NCBI GenBank assembly: GCA_025839675.1 | Contig: CP104013.1 | Coordinates: 1,800,001 to 1,832,000 of the forward strand | Direction: 5' to 3' | DNA length: 32,000 nucleotides | DNA from: Candidatus Lokiarchaeum ossiferum | Lineage (GTDB): Archaea; Asgardarchaeota; Lokiarchaeia; Sigyniarchaeales; Promethearchaeaceae | Position numbers and translations under genes: made by a program | Notes under the pieces: generated by a model | Databases searched by the model: none | The model's input: only the letters and a program-made list of their open reading frames with translations | What the model was told of the DNA's origin: nothing | Shown here: positions 10,601 to 18,532 of the stretch, in pieces | Numbering within the stretch: position 1 is the first letter of the stretch | Layout of the letters: each line of letters starts with the position of its first letter

Positions 10601-10972
10601 AACCATAAAATTGAAGCAAATCTCATTGGGCGGGGAATTTCACATAATAAGTTTAATCAGATCATATTAACAGAGTCCACTGTTATTTTTAGCCTTGCAA
10701 TATTCATGGGTTGCGCTTTAAGCTTGTGCTATACGGGTTTACTCAACCATATTGGATTACAATATAGTAATTCAGAGCAAAATTATCCCATTAATCTTTT
10801 CTTATTTCCCCCCTACTTAGACGTTGGCACTATTGCATTGATTTTAACTCTGATATTTATATCGATAGAATTGATCCTGTTAATTTCTGTCATAAGCAAT
10901 AATAGAACTGCCCGAAAACCGAACATTAAAAACCAAGATAAACTTATAAAAATAAATCTTTCTCAAGTATAA
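7673..10972 (+). CDS. Large polytopic membrane protein with FtsX/MacB-type double-permease topology
   Basis: 1099 aa. Pattern: one TM, a roughly 320-aa soluble domain, 3 TM, a Lys-rich linker (KKAKHIDLKKFSKKFSQKEKKYLSEYDSKKKSK), several TM, a roughly 260-aa soluble domain, then 3 TM. This is typical of duplicated FtsX-like permeases. The family call rests on topology only. Confidence 0.45.
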   Translation: MFKYTSFQFNQIRSNFKRDYIILFCISLSISMIVGLGYFYEASQKEIFSSKFTNISDFEIPHYQLQKNEFGTLISIPRVKFSENFHQDDQKILNEIEKSSLLIENVGRYGIINMKEAFFCLPTYPNHKSNATTPYAYKKELNGTEVQLMVFDDDFYTSSRFSEYIKIISGKAPETENEVMIDYCTALKYNLTVGKISTLHLKTGSFFSDPNLQLPVTTHLHDFEISNINISGIYLPSVYNFTIDLTTFHHSYNYEDYLTKKNYIENNEIDSPAILSWYNFTGPDWKHPFQKLYTRIDVHPEAFKYLRSTWTHSGYILSYQRDLLNYDQLSNQLNLIGVQAYNLSINIPPDESMVNYLGHQLDLIHKDIQKTKFAIQILNIPTIIFAIVLGLNFTQSNTKKKIEEILYLKNKGVSMTLIKKQLIMYVVSSSLFCSIAADLIGISTFFIYRAFLSPILLNNTNSQLFPYISSFTLFFSLLLSIILNLVITIPFMMKIKQFKFLNEKNRIGEGELNENILLNRLENPQKKAKHIDLKKFSKKFSQKEKKYLSEYDSKKKSKVSLRTKLLLFFGHFPILLLLLLWIGISIRLPDSLIDIVNNIVNYYILIEILSILGIAMIVAGIVRIFTIDRPNLFYAISRRFSRIFVKDYDKFVGFEIIREKKWSKIFLVFSIFAALLVSSNILYHGKYQNQKIVQNFVIGADLKITNHELNYQNLSKVNDLEQLLLSYKLSETGENLISDVSTVLMEPQVDIKLISESEQLIISSTLISLDIPKYLSIIKDNGKMMPYPLFSQQIRKIDQKNTQNSGLCDVIVSKTLLESSKLQIGQEISISQNLFNSTTNQFDRFYFSAVIIDAIDLLPGVSNIQSSNFVLIDVDGLQSLESNVQIKEMIHLCTLNNVGNNLESTINDLIGVCFKNEKSNIAYQSYAENWNNLDTTLMTFDYGSYGFYGIIFTDLILIGFMLTVEIIFMEYLIYKKNHKIEANLIGRGISHNKFNQIILTESTVIFSLAIFMGCALSLCYTGLLNHIGLQYSNSEQNYPINLFLFPPYLDVGTIALILTLIFISIELILLISVISNNRTARKPNIKNQDKLIKINLSQV

Positions 10973-11071
10973 TTTTTTTATTCTACATTAAAACTCTTAG
11001 GAGAGAAATCCATTCAACTAAGAACATAAAAGATGCAAAAAAATATGAAATTTTTTGATTTTTTGGTAGTT

Positions 11072-11989
11072 TCAGAAAAATTTAGGACTAAATTGTTCAA
11101 ACTGAGAATTAATCTCGGGAATAATGCTCTCAATGTCTTGTTCAGTTGGAATTGGATTATCTGATAAGATAGGATGTGCAATATTTAAAGTATAATGGAT
11201 ATCATTAACCTCCCCTTTGATAATTGAAAAGCGATAGCCTTCAAATAAGTAAGAACGAATATTATTATCAATTTCAAGTGTAAAGAAATTTTTATAAAAC
11301 GCCATTGAGGCATCCAAAAATTCCTGATTCGCTGTTCGTAATCGAAACGATCCAATTTCCAACAAATCTTCTACAAGTAAAGACATATATTCAATGGATT
11401 TATTTAGCGAGAAATTGGCGAAAAGAACAGATAAGGAATTATATATCGGTTGATCTCCGAGTATTGGTAGAGATATTGCATTCAAAACGGATAAAGGATC
11501 AAAAGCGGTAGTTTCGAAAAAGGCTAGTTCCACATCATCGGTTATCCGATGAATTTCTTTTTTCAATGTGTCAATCCGTTTTCTAACCGTCTCATCTTCT
11601 TGAAGAGCCGGATCTGTTTTGTGGAATAATATTGAAGCCATTATATTCGGATTATGGCTGGAAGAGAACTCATACACGCGTTTAAAATATTGTAACGCTT
11701 CAGGGAAGCGATCAGTATCTTGAATATCAATCACGTAAAATAGATATTGAATTCCCGATAGAAATCGATCAGGATGTTTAAGATACGAGTCACGATAGAT
11801 AGACTGACCCCCAAAATCCCAAACTGTGCCCTTTTCGCCAAACATAGAAAAAAAACTGCGATCTATATTCTTCGTAGGGGATAAAGGGTCACCAATATGA
11901 TAAGTTTTATGTAAAGTGCGGATAAGAGATGTTTTACCAGCATTTTCGAGACCGAGAATACCGATTTTCATAGTAGGAGCTTGTGTCAT
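11072..11989 (-). CDS. Rag/Gtr-like small GTPase with a C-terminal non-GTPase (roadblock-like?) domain
   Basis: G1 GLENAGKT, G3 VWDFGGQ, G4 HKTD (His-Lys-x-Asp as in RagA/Gtr1). About 140 further residues follow the G domain. The ORF track start at 12049 is TTG; the first ATG is at 11989 (MTQAPTMKIGILG). Either start is possible. Confidence 0.65.
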   Translation of the reverse strand: MTQAPTMKIGILGLENAGKTSLIRTLHKTYHIGDPLSPTKNIDRSFFSMFGEKGTVWDFGGQSIYRDSYLKHPDRFLSGIQYLFYVIDIQDTDRFPEALQYFKRVYEFSSSHNPNIMASILFHKTDPALQEDETVRKRIDTLKKEIHRITDDVELAFFETTAFDPLSVLNAISLPILGDQPIYNSLSVLFANFSLNKSIEYMSLLVEDLLEIGSFRLRTANQEFLDASMAFYKNFFTLEIDNNIRSYLFEGYRFSIIKGEVNDIHYTLNIAHPILSDNPIPTEQDIESIIPEINSQFEQFSPKFF

Positions 11990-12345
11990 GGACTTTACCC
12001 AATTCAATTTTTTAGATTGATTGCTATACGATAATTTGTTTTTCTGCAATTATAATTTTAACTGTTTAGTTCAGATTATTAAAAAAAAAAGAACACCTCA
12101 AAGTCTTATTCATATTTTTGAAATTTTAAGTAAATATTCTTTCTCGAGTAAAATAGCATAAATATTGTTTAGTACATTTAGATCAGTTATAGTATATTTA
12201 TTCAAGATATGGTGGAATTTAAACATCATATCAGCCATTATAGTCATCATTAACTTAATTCAATTAGTTTATTGATATAATATAGTAGAAATAAAATTTG
12301 AAATAAATGAAAACTTTAAATTAAAAAAAAAATAGTAATAACCTT

Positions 12346-12780
12346 ATGGAAATATTGACTGAAAAAACTCAAACTAAAGTGAAGAAAGAATATCCTCTGA
12401 TCCATTTTGATATGATTGCCTTAGTTTGGATTATTTTTATATACTTCATCATAACATACAATGTTCAATCTAGTACAATTACCATCATGGCAATACTTTC
12501 CGTACTATACTTGCTGATTGTTTTCAATCCTAACTCAAAATTTTCAAATAAACTTAATGATTTCATTTTCAGAATTAATCTACGAACTTTACCTTGGGCA
12601 ACCAAAAATTCAAAAATTATTAAATGGGGATGTTTAGTAGTACTCGTATGCATGATTATGATGTTAGGTATCTTCTTAAGTATAGAAAGCGCCACGATTT
12701 TATCATTAATCTACATTATTTCTCCATTTTTGATAGTTATGGCTTTTAGCAAAAGAAAAAGCAAAGATAGCTATGAATAA
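12346..12780 (+). CDS. Small hydrophobic membrane protein (about 4 TM), function unknown
   Basis: 144-aa ORF with ATG start and several long hydrophobic stretches. No recognisable motifs. Confidence 0.4.
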   Translation: MEILTEKTQTKVKKEYPLIHFDMIALVWIIFIYFIITYNVQSSTITIMAILSVLYLLIVFNPNSKFSNKLNDFIFRINLRTLPWATKNSKIIKWGCLVVLVCMIMMLGIFLSIESATILSLIYIISPFLIVMAFSKRKSKDSYE

Positions 12781-12875
12781 AATATTCACCCATTTTTTTT
12801 CTATCACTTAGTTCTTCTTCATAGGATCGAAAAGCTTTTAGTTATAAAGGTTGTTCTAGATCTTGAAAACAATAT

Positions 12876-13211
12876 ATGTCACCGCACCCTTTTGATGAAC
12901 GTCAATTACAGTTGAGAAATGAATTAGAGTCTCGCTTAGAATGGTACTGGCAAATTCGGGACAAAACCCGGAAACAATTACTATTCGCTCCAAAATCAAC
13001 AAAAGGTGTAATGACGGACCTAATATTTTACTTGGATAATACTGCTATGCCCTTGGTCCGAAAACTTCTTGAAACGATAGGATATTGGGAACGAGCAGCT
13101 GCTCAAGAATTTTATCAAGCGAATCAAGAAGTATGTCGACTAACAGACATAATTAACGCTGATGCTCAAGATGAAGATAGAGTGACATGGCAAAATCCAA
13201 GAAAGTTTTAA
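12876..13211 (+). CDS. Hypothetical soluble protein
   Basis: 111-aa ORF with ATG start and non-repetitive composition. No recognisable motifs. Confidence 0.4.
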   Translation: MSPHPFDERQLQLRNELESRLEWYWQIRDKTRKQLLFAPKSTKGVMTDLIFYLDNTAMPLVRKLLETIGYWERAAAQEFYQANQEVCRLTDIINADAQDEDRVTWQNPRKF

Positions 13212-13227
13212 AAAAAGGAATAAAAAA

Positions 13228-14877
13228 TTAACGCTTGTGAAATTTCTTCGATTTCATTATATAGGCAATAATTCCAATTCCAAAAATAAGTAAGCTAGAG
13301 AAAGCATAGCCTGAAATTTTCAAAGTACCATCTCCCAAGGTAGTCGATACTACAACAGGATCGGCGATAGCCGTAAATGTCGGATCTTGATTAATAGATT
13401 TACCTTCCCATTGGGGGAAACAAATTGCATAGAATACGTTTCTGCGGTTAATATCAATTGAAATTTCCTGATCTGCTAAATCGTATTTCTCTTTAGTAAA
13501 TTCAATACGTGCTTGAACCATAGATCGTGTGATAGAATTGAGAAATAGATGCGATAAATGATCCACAGCGTTTAAGGATCCATCTTTCAACCGAATTTGG
13601 GGATATAATTTTACTGGTGCAGGCATAGGATTTCCACCATTTAAAGTGTAATTAGGTTTACTTGCAAAATCAATATTGAATGCAGGTTTATTTGCTGTCC
13701 GGAGATCTAAGGAGGACACATTAACATCTGAATTATCACCATCAACATTAAACCCATTTCCATCAATTACATCCACATCATCCTGCCCATTAATATTTGC
13801 AGAGATAACTGTCATCCGAGCATAGTTAGTTATGGCAAGACTAAATCCGGGCACACTTTCATCCCCATTTAATCGATCTTCAATAGATGCTGTTGTGTTA
13901 TATCTTGACACTGTTTTATCAGTAATTATATTGGAAGGATCTAAATCATAATAAATTCCATCCCAAAGTTCAGTTTTCGACTGTTCATCGTTGACAACCC
14001 ACAAATCGGATAAAGGTCCGATGTCATATTCAGTAGTAGTAGTAACATTGATGGGCTGATCTTCAACCAAAGTTCCCGATATCTTATAAGTAAAGTTTAA
14101 GTAATCCATAGAACTAAACGCAACAATTTTATCTAACAATCCTTCAGCAGTAATAGTATTGTTGATATCCTCTTCTACGTGCATCGAATGCCAAACAATA
14201 AATATATTCTCATAATCAATCCCAAAAGTATATTCTACTTCATCTCCATTAGTTGTTTTTTCGAGTAATTTAGGAGTAGCAGTAGGAAGGTCTGCCATAT
14301 TAAGTGGTTCAAATCCTAAAGATCGGAAAAATCGGTGGTTTAAAAGATGTTTGTTGAATTGACTATTTAAACTATTACCATAAAATAAATTATCATCCTT
14401 ATTTGGCACTCCATTAGATTCATTGATCTCTTGATAAGCAACCAATCCAGCAAAGGAATTTTGCACAATCACATGTTTTCCAGCAGGCGTTCTAAAATGT
14501 TGTTGCATAATTTGATAAGGAGCAATTCCTATCCGAGTAGTGTTACGATTATCATTGGAATATTCTGTAAACGCCATATAGAGTGTTTGAACAGGACCAA
14601 GATTTATATAAGATATATAGAAATTAGCATCCCGATAAGGGGCTCGATCTGGAAAAGTGTCATTCATCTCTTCGGCGAAATCTCCAGGAATTAAATCTTC
14701 TACTAATTTTCCACTTAAAACATCGTATTCAATTGCCCAATATTCTTCAGTAAATTTATGACCAGTTTTTGTCACTATAATATTAGAATTATAGCCGGAT
14801 GTTTGAAATACCCCCATAAATCCAATCGCAACCAAAAGAATGCCTGCGAATATTATTTTTAGATTTTTTTTTCTCAT
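13228..14877 (-). CDS. Large extracellular protein with N-terminal signal/anchor and C-terminal TM anchor (cell-surface protein)
   Basis: 549 aa. N-terminus MRKKNLKIIFAGILLVAIGFMGVF. C-terminus FSSLLIFGIGIIAYIM followed by KSKKFHKR. Asn/Asp/Thr-rich with many N-x-S/T sequons. No catalytic motif recognised. Confidence 0.55.
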   Translation of the reverse strand: MRKKNLKIIFAGILLVAIGFMGVFQTSGYNSNIIVTKTGHKFTEEYWAIEYDVLSGKLVEDLIPGDFAEEMNDTFPDRAPYRDANFYISYINLGPVQTLYMAFTEYSNDNRNTTRIGIAPYQIMQQHFRTPAGKHVIVQNSFAGLVAYQEINESNGVPNKDDNLFYGNSLNSQFNKHLLNHRFFRSLGFEPLNMADLPTATPKLLEKTTNGDEVEYTFGIDYENIFIVWHSMHVEEDINNTITAEGLLDKIVAFSSMDYLNFTYKISGTLVEDQPINVTTTTEYDIGPLSDLWVVNDEQSKTELWDGIYYDLDPSNIITDKTVSRYNTTASIEDRLNGDESVPGFSLAITNYARMTVISANINGQDDVDVIDGNGFNVDGDNSDVNVSSLDLRTANKPAFNIDFASKPNYTLNGGNPMPAPVKLYPQIRLKDGSLNAVDHLSHLFLNSITRSMVQARIEFTKEKYDLADQEISIDINRRNVFYAICFPQWEGKSINQDPTFTAIADPVVVSTTLGDGTLKISGYAFSSLLIFGIGIIAYIMKSKKFHKR

Positions 14878-14956
14878 TTTTCATTCCCATTATTATTTTT
14901 CTGACCAAGAAAATGGTTCTGTTTTGGATATGATGAAAAATGAATTTAAATCGTGG

Positions 14957-14968
14957 TGTACCAAAGGT
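14957..14968. repeat. 12-nt exact repeat TGTACCAAAGGT, copy 1 (also the left arm of an imperfect hairpin with 14981-14990)
   Basis: Read directly. An identical 12-mer occurs at 17393-17404. Locally, TACCAAAGGT (14959-14968) pairs with ACCTTTTGTA (14981-14990) with one mismatch. Confidence 0.5.
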
Positions 14969-15016
14969 CGGATGCTGAACTACCTTTTGTAGGTCAGTTT
15001 TTAGAAAAAAGTATCT

Positions 15017-15922
15017 TCAATGAAAAATGTTTAAATCACGTTGAATCTTTTCGCCAATTACTCGCCCAAAAGCCAAATACTCATTGATATACCGAAGTTT
15101 ATCAATTCCATCAAATTCTGGACCAATATCTACGTTGTAATACTTAAAATCAAATAAGGGGTTCGAATTCGCAATAATTTCCATCCGGCTAACTTTATTA
15201 ATTGTACTCTGTATACGAGCTAAACCACCTTCCTTAGGTTGCATAAATCGATATAATTGCATAATCTGCCCATCTTTTTTTGCATGCTCAAAAGGGATTG
15301 ATAAATCACACGAACCAGTTCCTATTACTGTCATTTCAACATGTTCTTGAGTCCAACCTAAATCAAAAATTTCAGCGAAGGCAATATCAATTGGAGTATT
15401 GGATTCCCCCATTCCCCCATCCACCCAAACACTTTGATTTTTGTAATCGACTAAATGACCAAAATAATGGGGAGCGGCAAAGGATTTTGCAATCTGAAAT
15501 TGAAGTTTTTCTTTCCCGTCCTTTTTTTCCCATGATTTAAAAAAGTGAGTCTTAAAATCACATATGTTTACCGCTGTACACAAGAAACGAGTTTTGCAAT
15601 CGCGCATGTGGACTGCATAGTCAAACAAGCGATCCCACATAGCATAAAAATATTTCCGACTATATAATGCTCCAAACATCTTCCGCCACCAGAAGGTTTT
15701 GAATAAAAAAGGGATATATTTGATAAAAATATCCATAAATTGATTCATAGTATATTTCCCCGTAGCCAAAATTCCCCCCGTGAGGGCACCTACACTTGTT
15801 CCAACAATTAGATCGAAAATTTCACAAATTTTCTTTCCATAGTATTTCTCGAGCACACGAAGACCATCTAATTGAATCAATCCCCGTACGCCGCCACCCT
15901 TCAAAACTAAAACTCGTTTCAT
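15017..15922 (-). CDS. Patatin-like phospholipase (paralog A)
   Basis: 301 aa. Oxyanion hole LKGGGVRG, nucleophile elbow GTSVG, catalytic Asp motif VDGGMG. All are intact. Confidence 0.85.
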   Translation of the reverse strand: MKRVLVLKGGGVRGLIQLDGLRVLEKYYGKKICEIFDLIVGTSVGALTGGILATGKYTMNQFMDIFIKYIPFLFKTFWWRKMFGALYSRKYFYAMWDRLFDYAVHMRDCKTRFLCTAVNICDFKTHFFKSWEKKDGKEKLQFQIAKSFAAPHYFGHLVDYKNQSVWVDGGMGESNTPIDIAFAEIFDLGWTQEHVEMTVIGTGSCDLSIPFEHAKKDGQIMQLYRFMQPKEGGLARIQSTINKVSRMEIIANSNPLFDFKYYNVDIGPEFDGIDKLRYINEYLAFGRVIGEKIQRDLNIFH

Positions 15923-15949
15923 AGTTGCTTTTCTCTCAGAACTTAGTAG

Positions 15950-16879
15950 TTAATGAAATGGGATCTTAGAATCCTCCAAATATCGTTCAACTTGTTCAGC
16001 AATTACCCGTCCAAAGGACATATATTGCTGCACATATTGAATTTTATCTGTTCCACTAAAAATTTTTCCTATATCAGTATCAAAATATTTCACTGTAATT
16101 AGAGGATTGGCTTTTGTAATAATTTCCATTCGTCGGATTTTATTTAAAGTACTTTGAATACGAGCAAGTCCACCTTCCACAGGACTCATAAATTTCAACA
16201 TTTGCTGGAGTTGCCCTTGTTTTTTTGCCTTCTCAAAAGGAATAGAAAGATCGACATATCCAGTTCCAAGAATTATAATTTCTGTTCGTTCCTTGTACCA
16301 ACCTTGATTAATAACTTCAGCATAAGCCCGATCAACAGGAGTATTAGTGGTACCCGCACCTCCATCAACCCATACGGCCTTATTTTTTTCATCTACAAAT
16401 TGACCAAAGAAATAAGGTGCAGCAAACGATTTTGCAATTTGGTTTGCTAATAACTCATCTTTGTCTTCATCTTCCCAACTTTTAAAAAAATGGGTTCGAT
16501 TTGTGCATAAATTTACCGCCGTACACATAAATTTAGTTTTGCAATCCCGCATGTATATCGGATTTTCACCCAAAATTGCATCCCACATGGAATAGAAATG
16601 CTTACGTTGGTAAACAGGTTTAAATATGCCAGACCACCAATGCTTTTTGAAAATTGATGGGAAATAGCGAAGAAATGAATCAATATAAGATTCCATGGAA
16701 ATTTGACCCAGAGCACAGACACCTCCTGTAATCGCTCCCACTGATGTCCCTGTAATTAAATCAAATATTCTACAAATTGGTTCATCATAATGATTTTCTA
16801 AAATCCTTAGTGAATCTAATTGTAATAGGCCTCTAATCCCTCCCCCCTTCAAAACTAATACTCTTCTGATAATTATCAC
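15950..16879 (-). CDS. Patatin-like phospholipase (paralog B)
   Basis: 309 aa with LKGGGIRG, GTSVG and VDGGAG. Alignable end to end with paralog A. The only available start is GTG at 16879, because an in-frame TAA lies at 16886-16888. Confidence 0.85.
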   Translation of the reverse strand: MIIIRRVLVLKGGGIRGLLQLDSLRILENHYDEPICRIFDLITGTSVGAITGGVCALGQISMESYIDSFLRYFPSIFKKHWWSGIFKPVYQRKHFYSMWDAILGENPIYMRDCKTKFMCTAVNLCTNRTHFFKSWEDEDKDELLANQIAKSFAAPYFFGQFVDEKNKAVWVDGGAGTTNTPVDRAYAEVINQGWYKERTEIIILGTGYVDLSIPFEKAKKQGQLQQMLKFMSPVEGGLARIQSTLNKIRRMEIITKANPLITVKYFDTDIGKIFSGTDKIQYVQQYMSFGRVIAEQVERYLEDSKIPFH

Positions 16880-16987
16880 ATTCCATTAGCATTTGAAAAT
16901 ATGTAGTGTAAAAAAAATGATTTTCTAGGATTTTAAATTTATCTTCGACTTAATTTAAAAGTAACAGATTGTAAAAAGGTATTATTC

Positions 16988-17362
16988 ATGACAGAAAAAG
17001 AAGCAATTATGGGTGGTGCACCCTTCAGTGCAGGAATGAAAGCAGGAAATACAATTTATGTATCAGGGCAAGTTCCCATTGAAGATGGAAAAACTCCAGT
17101 TGATGTTGGAGAACAAACTAGAATATGTCTGGACAAAATTAAAGGAATTTTGGAAAAAGGAAATGCAAAACTAACCGATATTGTAAAAATTACAGTATTC
17201 TTGACGGATATCGCTGATTTCGGAGTTTTCAATGAAGCATACAAGAAATATTTCATTAATCATGGAATAGAAACGAATTTTCCCGCTCGAGCCGCTATGG
17301 CAATATCTGCTTTAGTTAAACCGGAATGGAAAGTTGAAATTGATTGTTTTGCCATCATATAA
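16988..17362 (+). CDS. ridA: RidA/YjgF/L-PSP family protein (reactive enamine/imine deaminase)
   Basis: 124 aa. AGNTIYVSGQVP...DIVKITVFLTDIADFGVFNEAYKKYF...FPARAAMAISALVKPEWKVEIDCFA matches the family pattern. Confidence 0.85.
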   Translation: MTEKEAIMGGAPFSAGMKAGNTIYVSGQVPIEDGKTPVDVGEQTRICLDKIKGILEKGNAKLTDIVKITVFLTDIADFGVFNEAYKKYFINHGIETNFPARAAMAISALVKPEWKVEIDCFAII

Positions 17363-17392
17363 ATTTTAATCATTCTTTTTTTTGTTTCCTTC

Positions 17393-17404
17393 TGTACCAA
17401 AGGT
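17393..17404. repeat. 12-nt exact repeat TGTACCAAAGGT, copy 2
   Basis: Read directly. Lies in the spacer between ridA and the wHTH gene, about 55 nt upstream of the ATG at 17457. Confidence 0.5.
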
Positions 17405-17456
17405 TCCTTAGCTATTAAATAAAAAGAATCGTTTCTTAATCTAGAACGAATCAAAA

Positions 17457-17753
17457 ATGCCTTCTTCCCCAACAAAACGATATCGATCTGCTCTGGTAAT
17501 AATTCAGTGCATTTTGGAAGAATTGATGAAACAAGGACAAGTTGGGGCGGTAAAATCACAAGTATACAAAGATCTTGGTTTGAAAACACCCGTTGGGGAT
17601 AAGTATATTGAACAATTAGTGGCAGCCAAATACATCACTTTAATTGAAGAAGCTTGGGGAAAGCAGCGGGTTCGTCATAAAATATACATTACAAAACGAG
17701 GAATCCACCGGTTCAAATGGTTCATGCAATTATCTAAAGAATTGGAAATATAG
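17457..17753 (+). CDS. Small winged-helix DNA-binding protein
   Basis: 98 aa. The pattern SALVIIQCILEELMK...KSQVYKDLGLKTPVGDKYIEQLVAAKYITLIEE...RHKIYITKRG is a helix-turn-helix followed by a beta wing. Confidence 0.5.
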   Translation: MPSSPTKRYRSALVIIQCILEELMKQGQVGAVKSQVYKDLGLKTPVGDKYIEQLVAAKYITLIEEAWGKQRVRHKIYITKRGIHRFKWFMQLSKELEI

Positions 17754-17764
17754 AGAGTGTAAAT

Positions 17765-18487
17765 ATGGAAGAAAGACGTAAGAATGCAAATCTTGATGAA
17801 GAAAATGAGAAAAAAACCTATATAGAGGGAAATCAAGATACTTTCAATGATCCCGAAAAAAAACAAATCGATCCAACCTATTTAGCAATGCAGGCCACTT
17901 ACCGACATAATGCAAAAAAAGAAAATATTATTCAAATAATAGGTTTTCTTTTCATTACAATAATGACAATTATCGAAATGATAGTTCTGGGGATGGTTCG
18001 AAGAATTGCGAATCGGAATGATAATTTTCGTATATTTAGATTTATTTCAATCTATCTGTTATTAGCAGTAATAACAATATTTGCATGCTATCAATTTCTT
18101 GTTATATACCATTGGAATCGAAAAATATTAAATGCATCTCAATCAATTGCCGCATCGAATTATATTCTAATTGATAAAATGCGTAAAATTCGAACGATTA
18201 TAATCTGTATTCTTATCTTTAGTGCGATTTTCCTATGGATTTTCCAAGATTATTTAATAACAGTACGAGTAATTCCTCAATTAACTCCTTTGGCAGAAAA
18301 GTATAACTTCTATTTACATCGTTCTAGATTTTTTGTTGCGATTTATGCTCTATTTGAGATATGGCAATTAGTTCGTTGGTCTAAAAGAATTTTATCCATC
18401 AATACTATTGAAAAGTTAATGGTAAATGATTTCCCAGATATTGAGGAATTAGATAAACTAGCAAATTTACCAAGAGATTCTTTTTGA
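17765..18487 (+). CDS. Membrane protein (about 4 TM) with an acidic N-terminal tail, function unknown
   Basis: 240-aa ORF starting 11 nt after the wHTH gene stop. Four long hydrophobic segments. Confidence 0.45.
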   Translation: MEERRKNANLDEENEKKTYIEGNQDTFNDPEKKQIDPTYLAMQATYRHNAKKENIIQIIGFLFITIMTIIEMIVLGMVRRIANRNDNFRIFRFISIYLLLAVITIFACYQFLVIYHWNRKILNASQSIAASNYILIDKMRKIRTIIICILIFSAIFLWIFQDYLITVRVIPQLTPLAEKYNFYLHRSRFFVAIYALFEIWQLVRWSKRILSINTIEKLMVNDFPDIEELDKLANLPRDSF

Positions 18488-18532
18488 TTGGAACCCATCA
18501 TTTAAAAGAGATCCTTCTATCTTCTACTTAAT

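Noticed and set aside
15158-15170. GGGGTTCGAATTC, resembling a tRNA T-arm (GGTTCGAATCC)
   Set aside because: It lies inside the well-supported patatin A CDS. I could not build flanking acceptor or anticodon stems, and the last bases deviate from the T-loop consensus.
15017-16879. Patatin pair as the effector of a CBASS-like or other known anti-virus defence system
   Set aside because: No cyclase/nucleotidyltransferase, sensor, ATPase, nuclease or other defence-associated gene is adjacent. The neighbours are ridA and a surface protein. A defence role remains possible but the context gives it no support.
17260-17589. 109-aa minus-strand ORF spanning the ridA 3' end, the spacer and the wHTH gene 5' end
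   Set aside because: It overlaps two better-supported plus-strand genes and crosses an intergenic spacer. No motif support.
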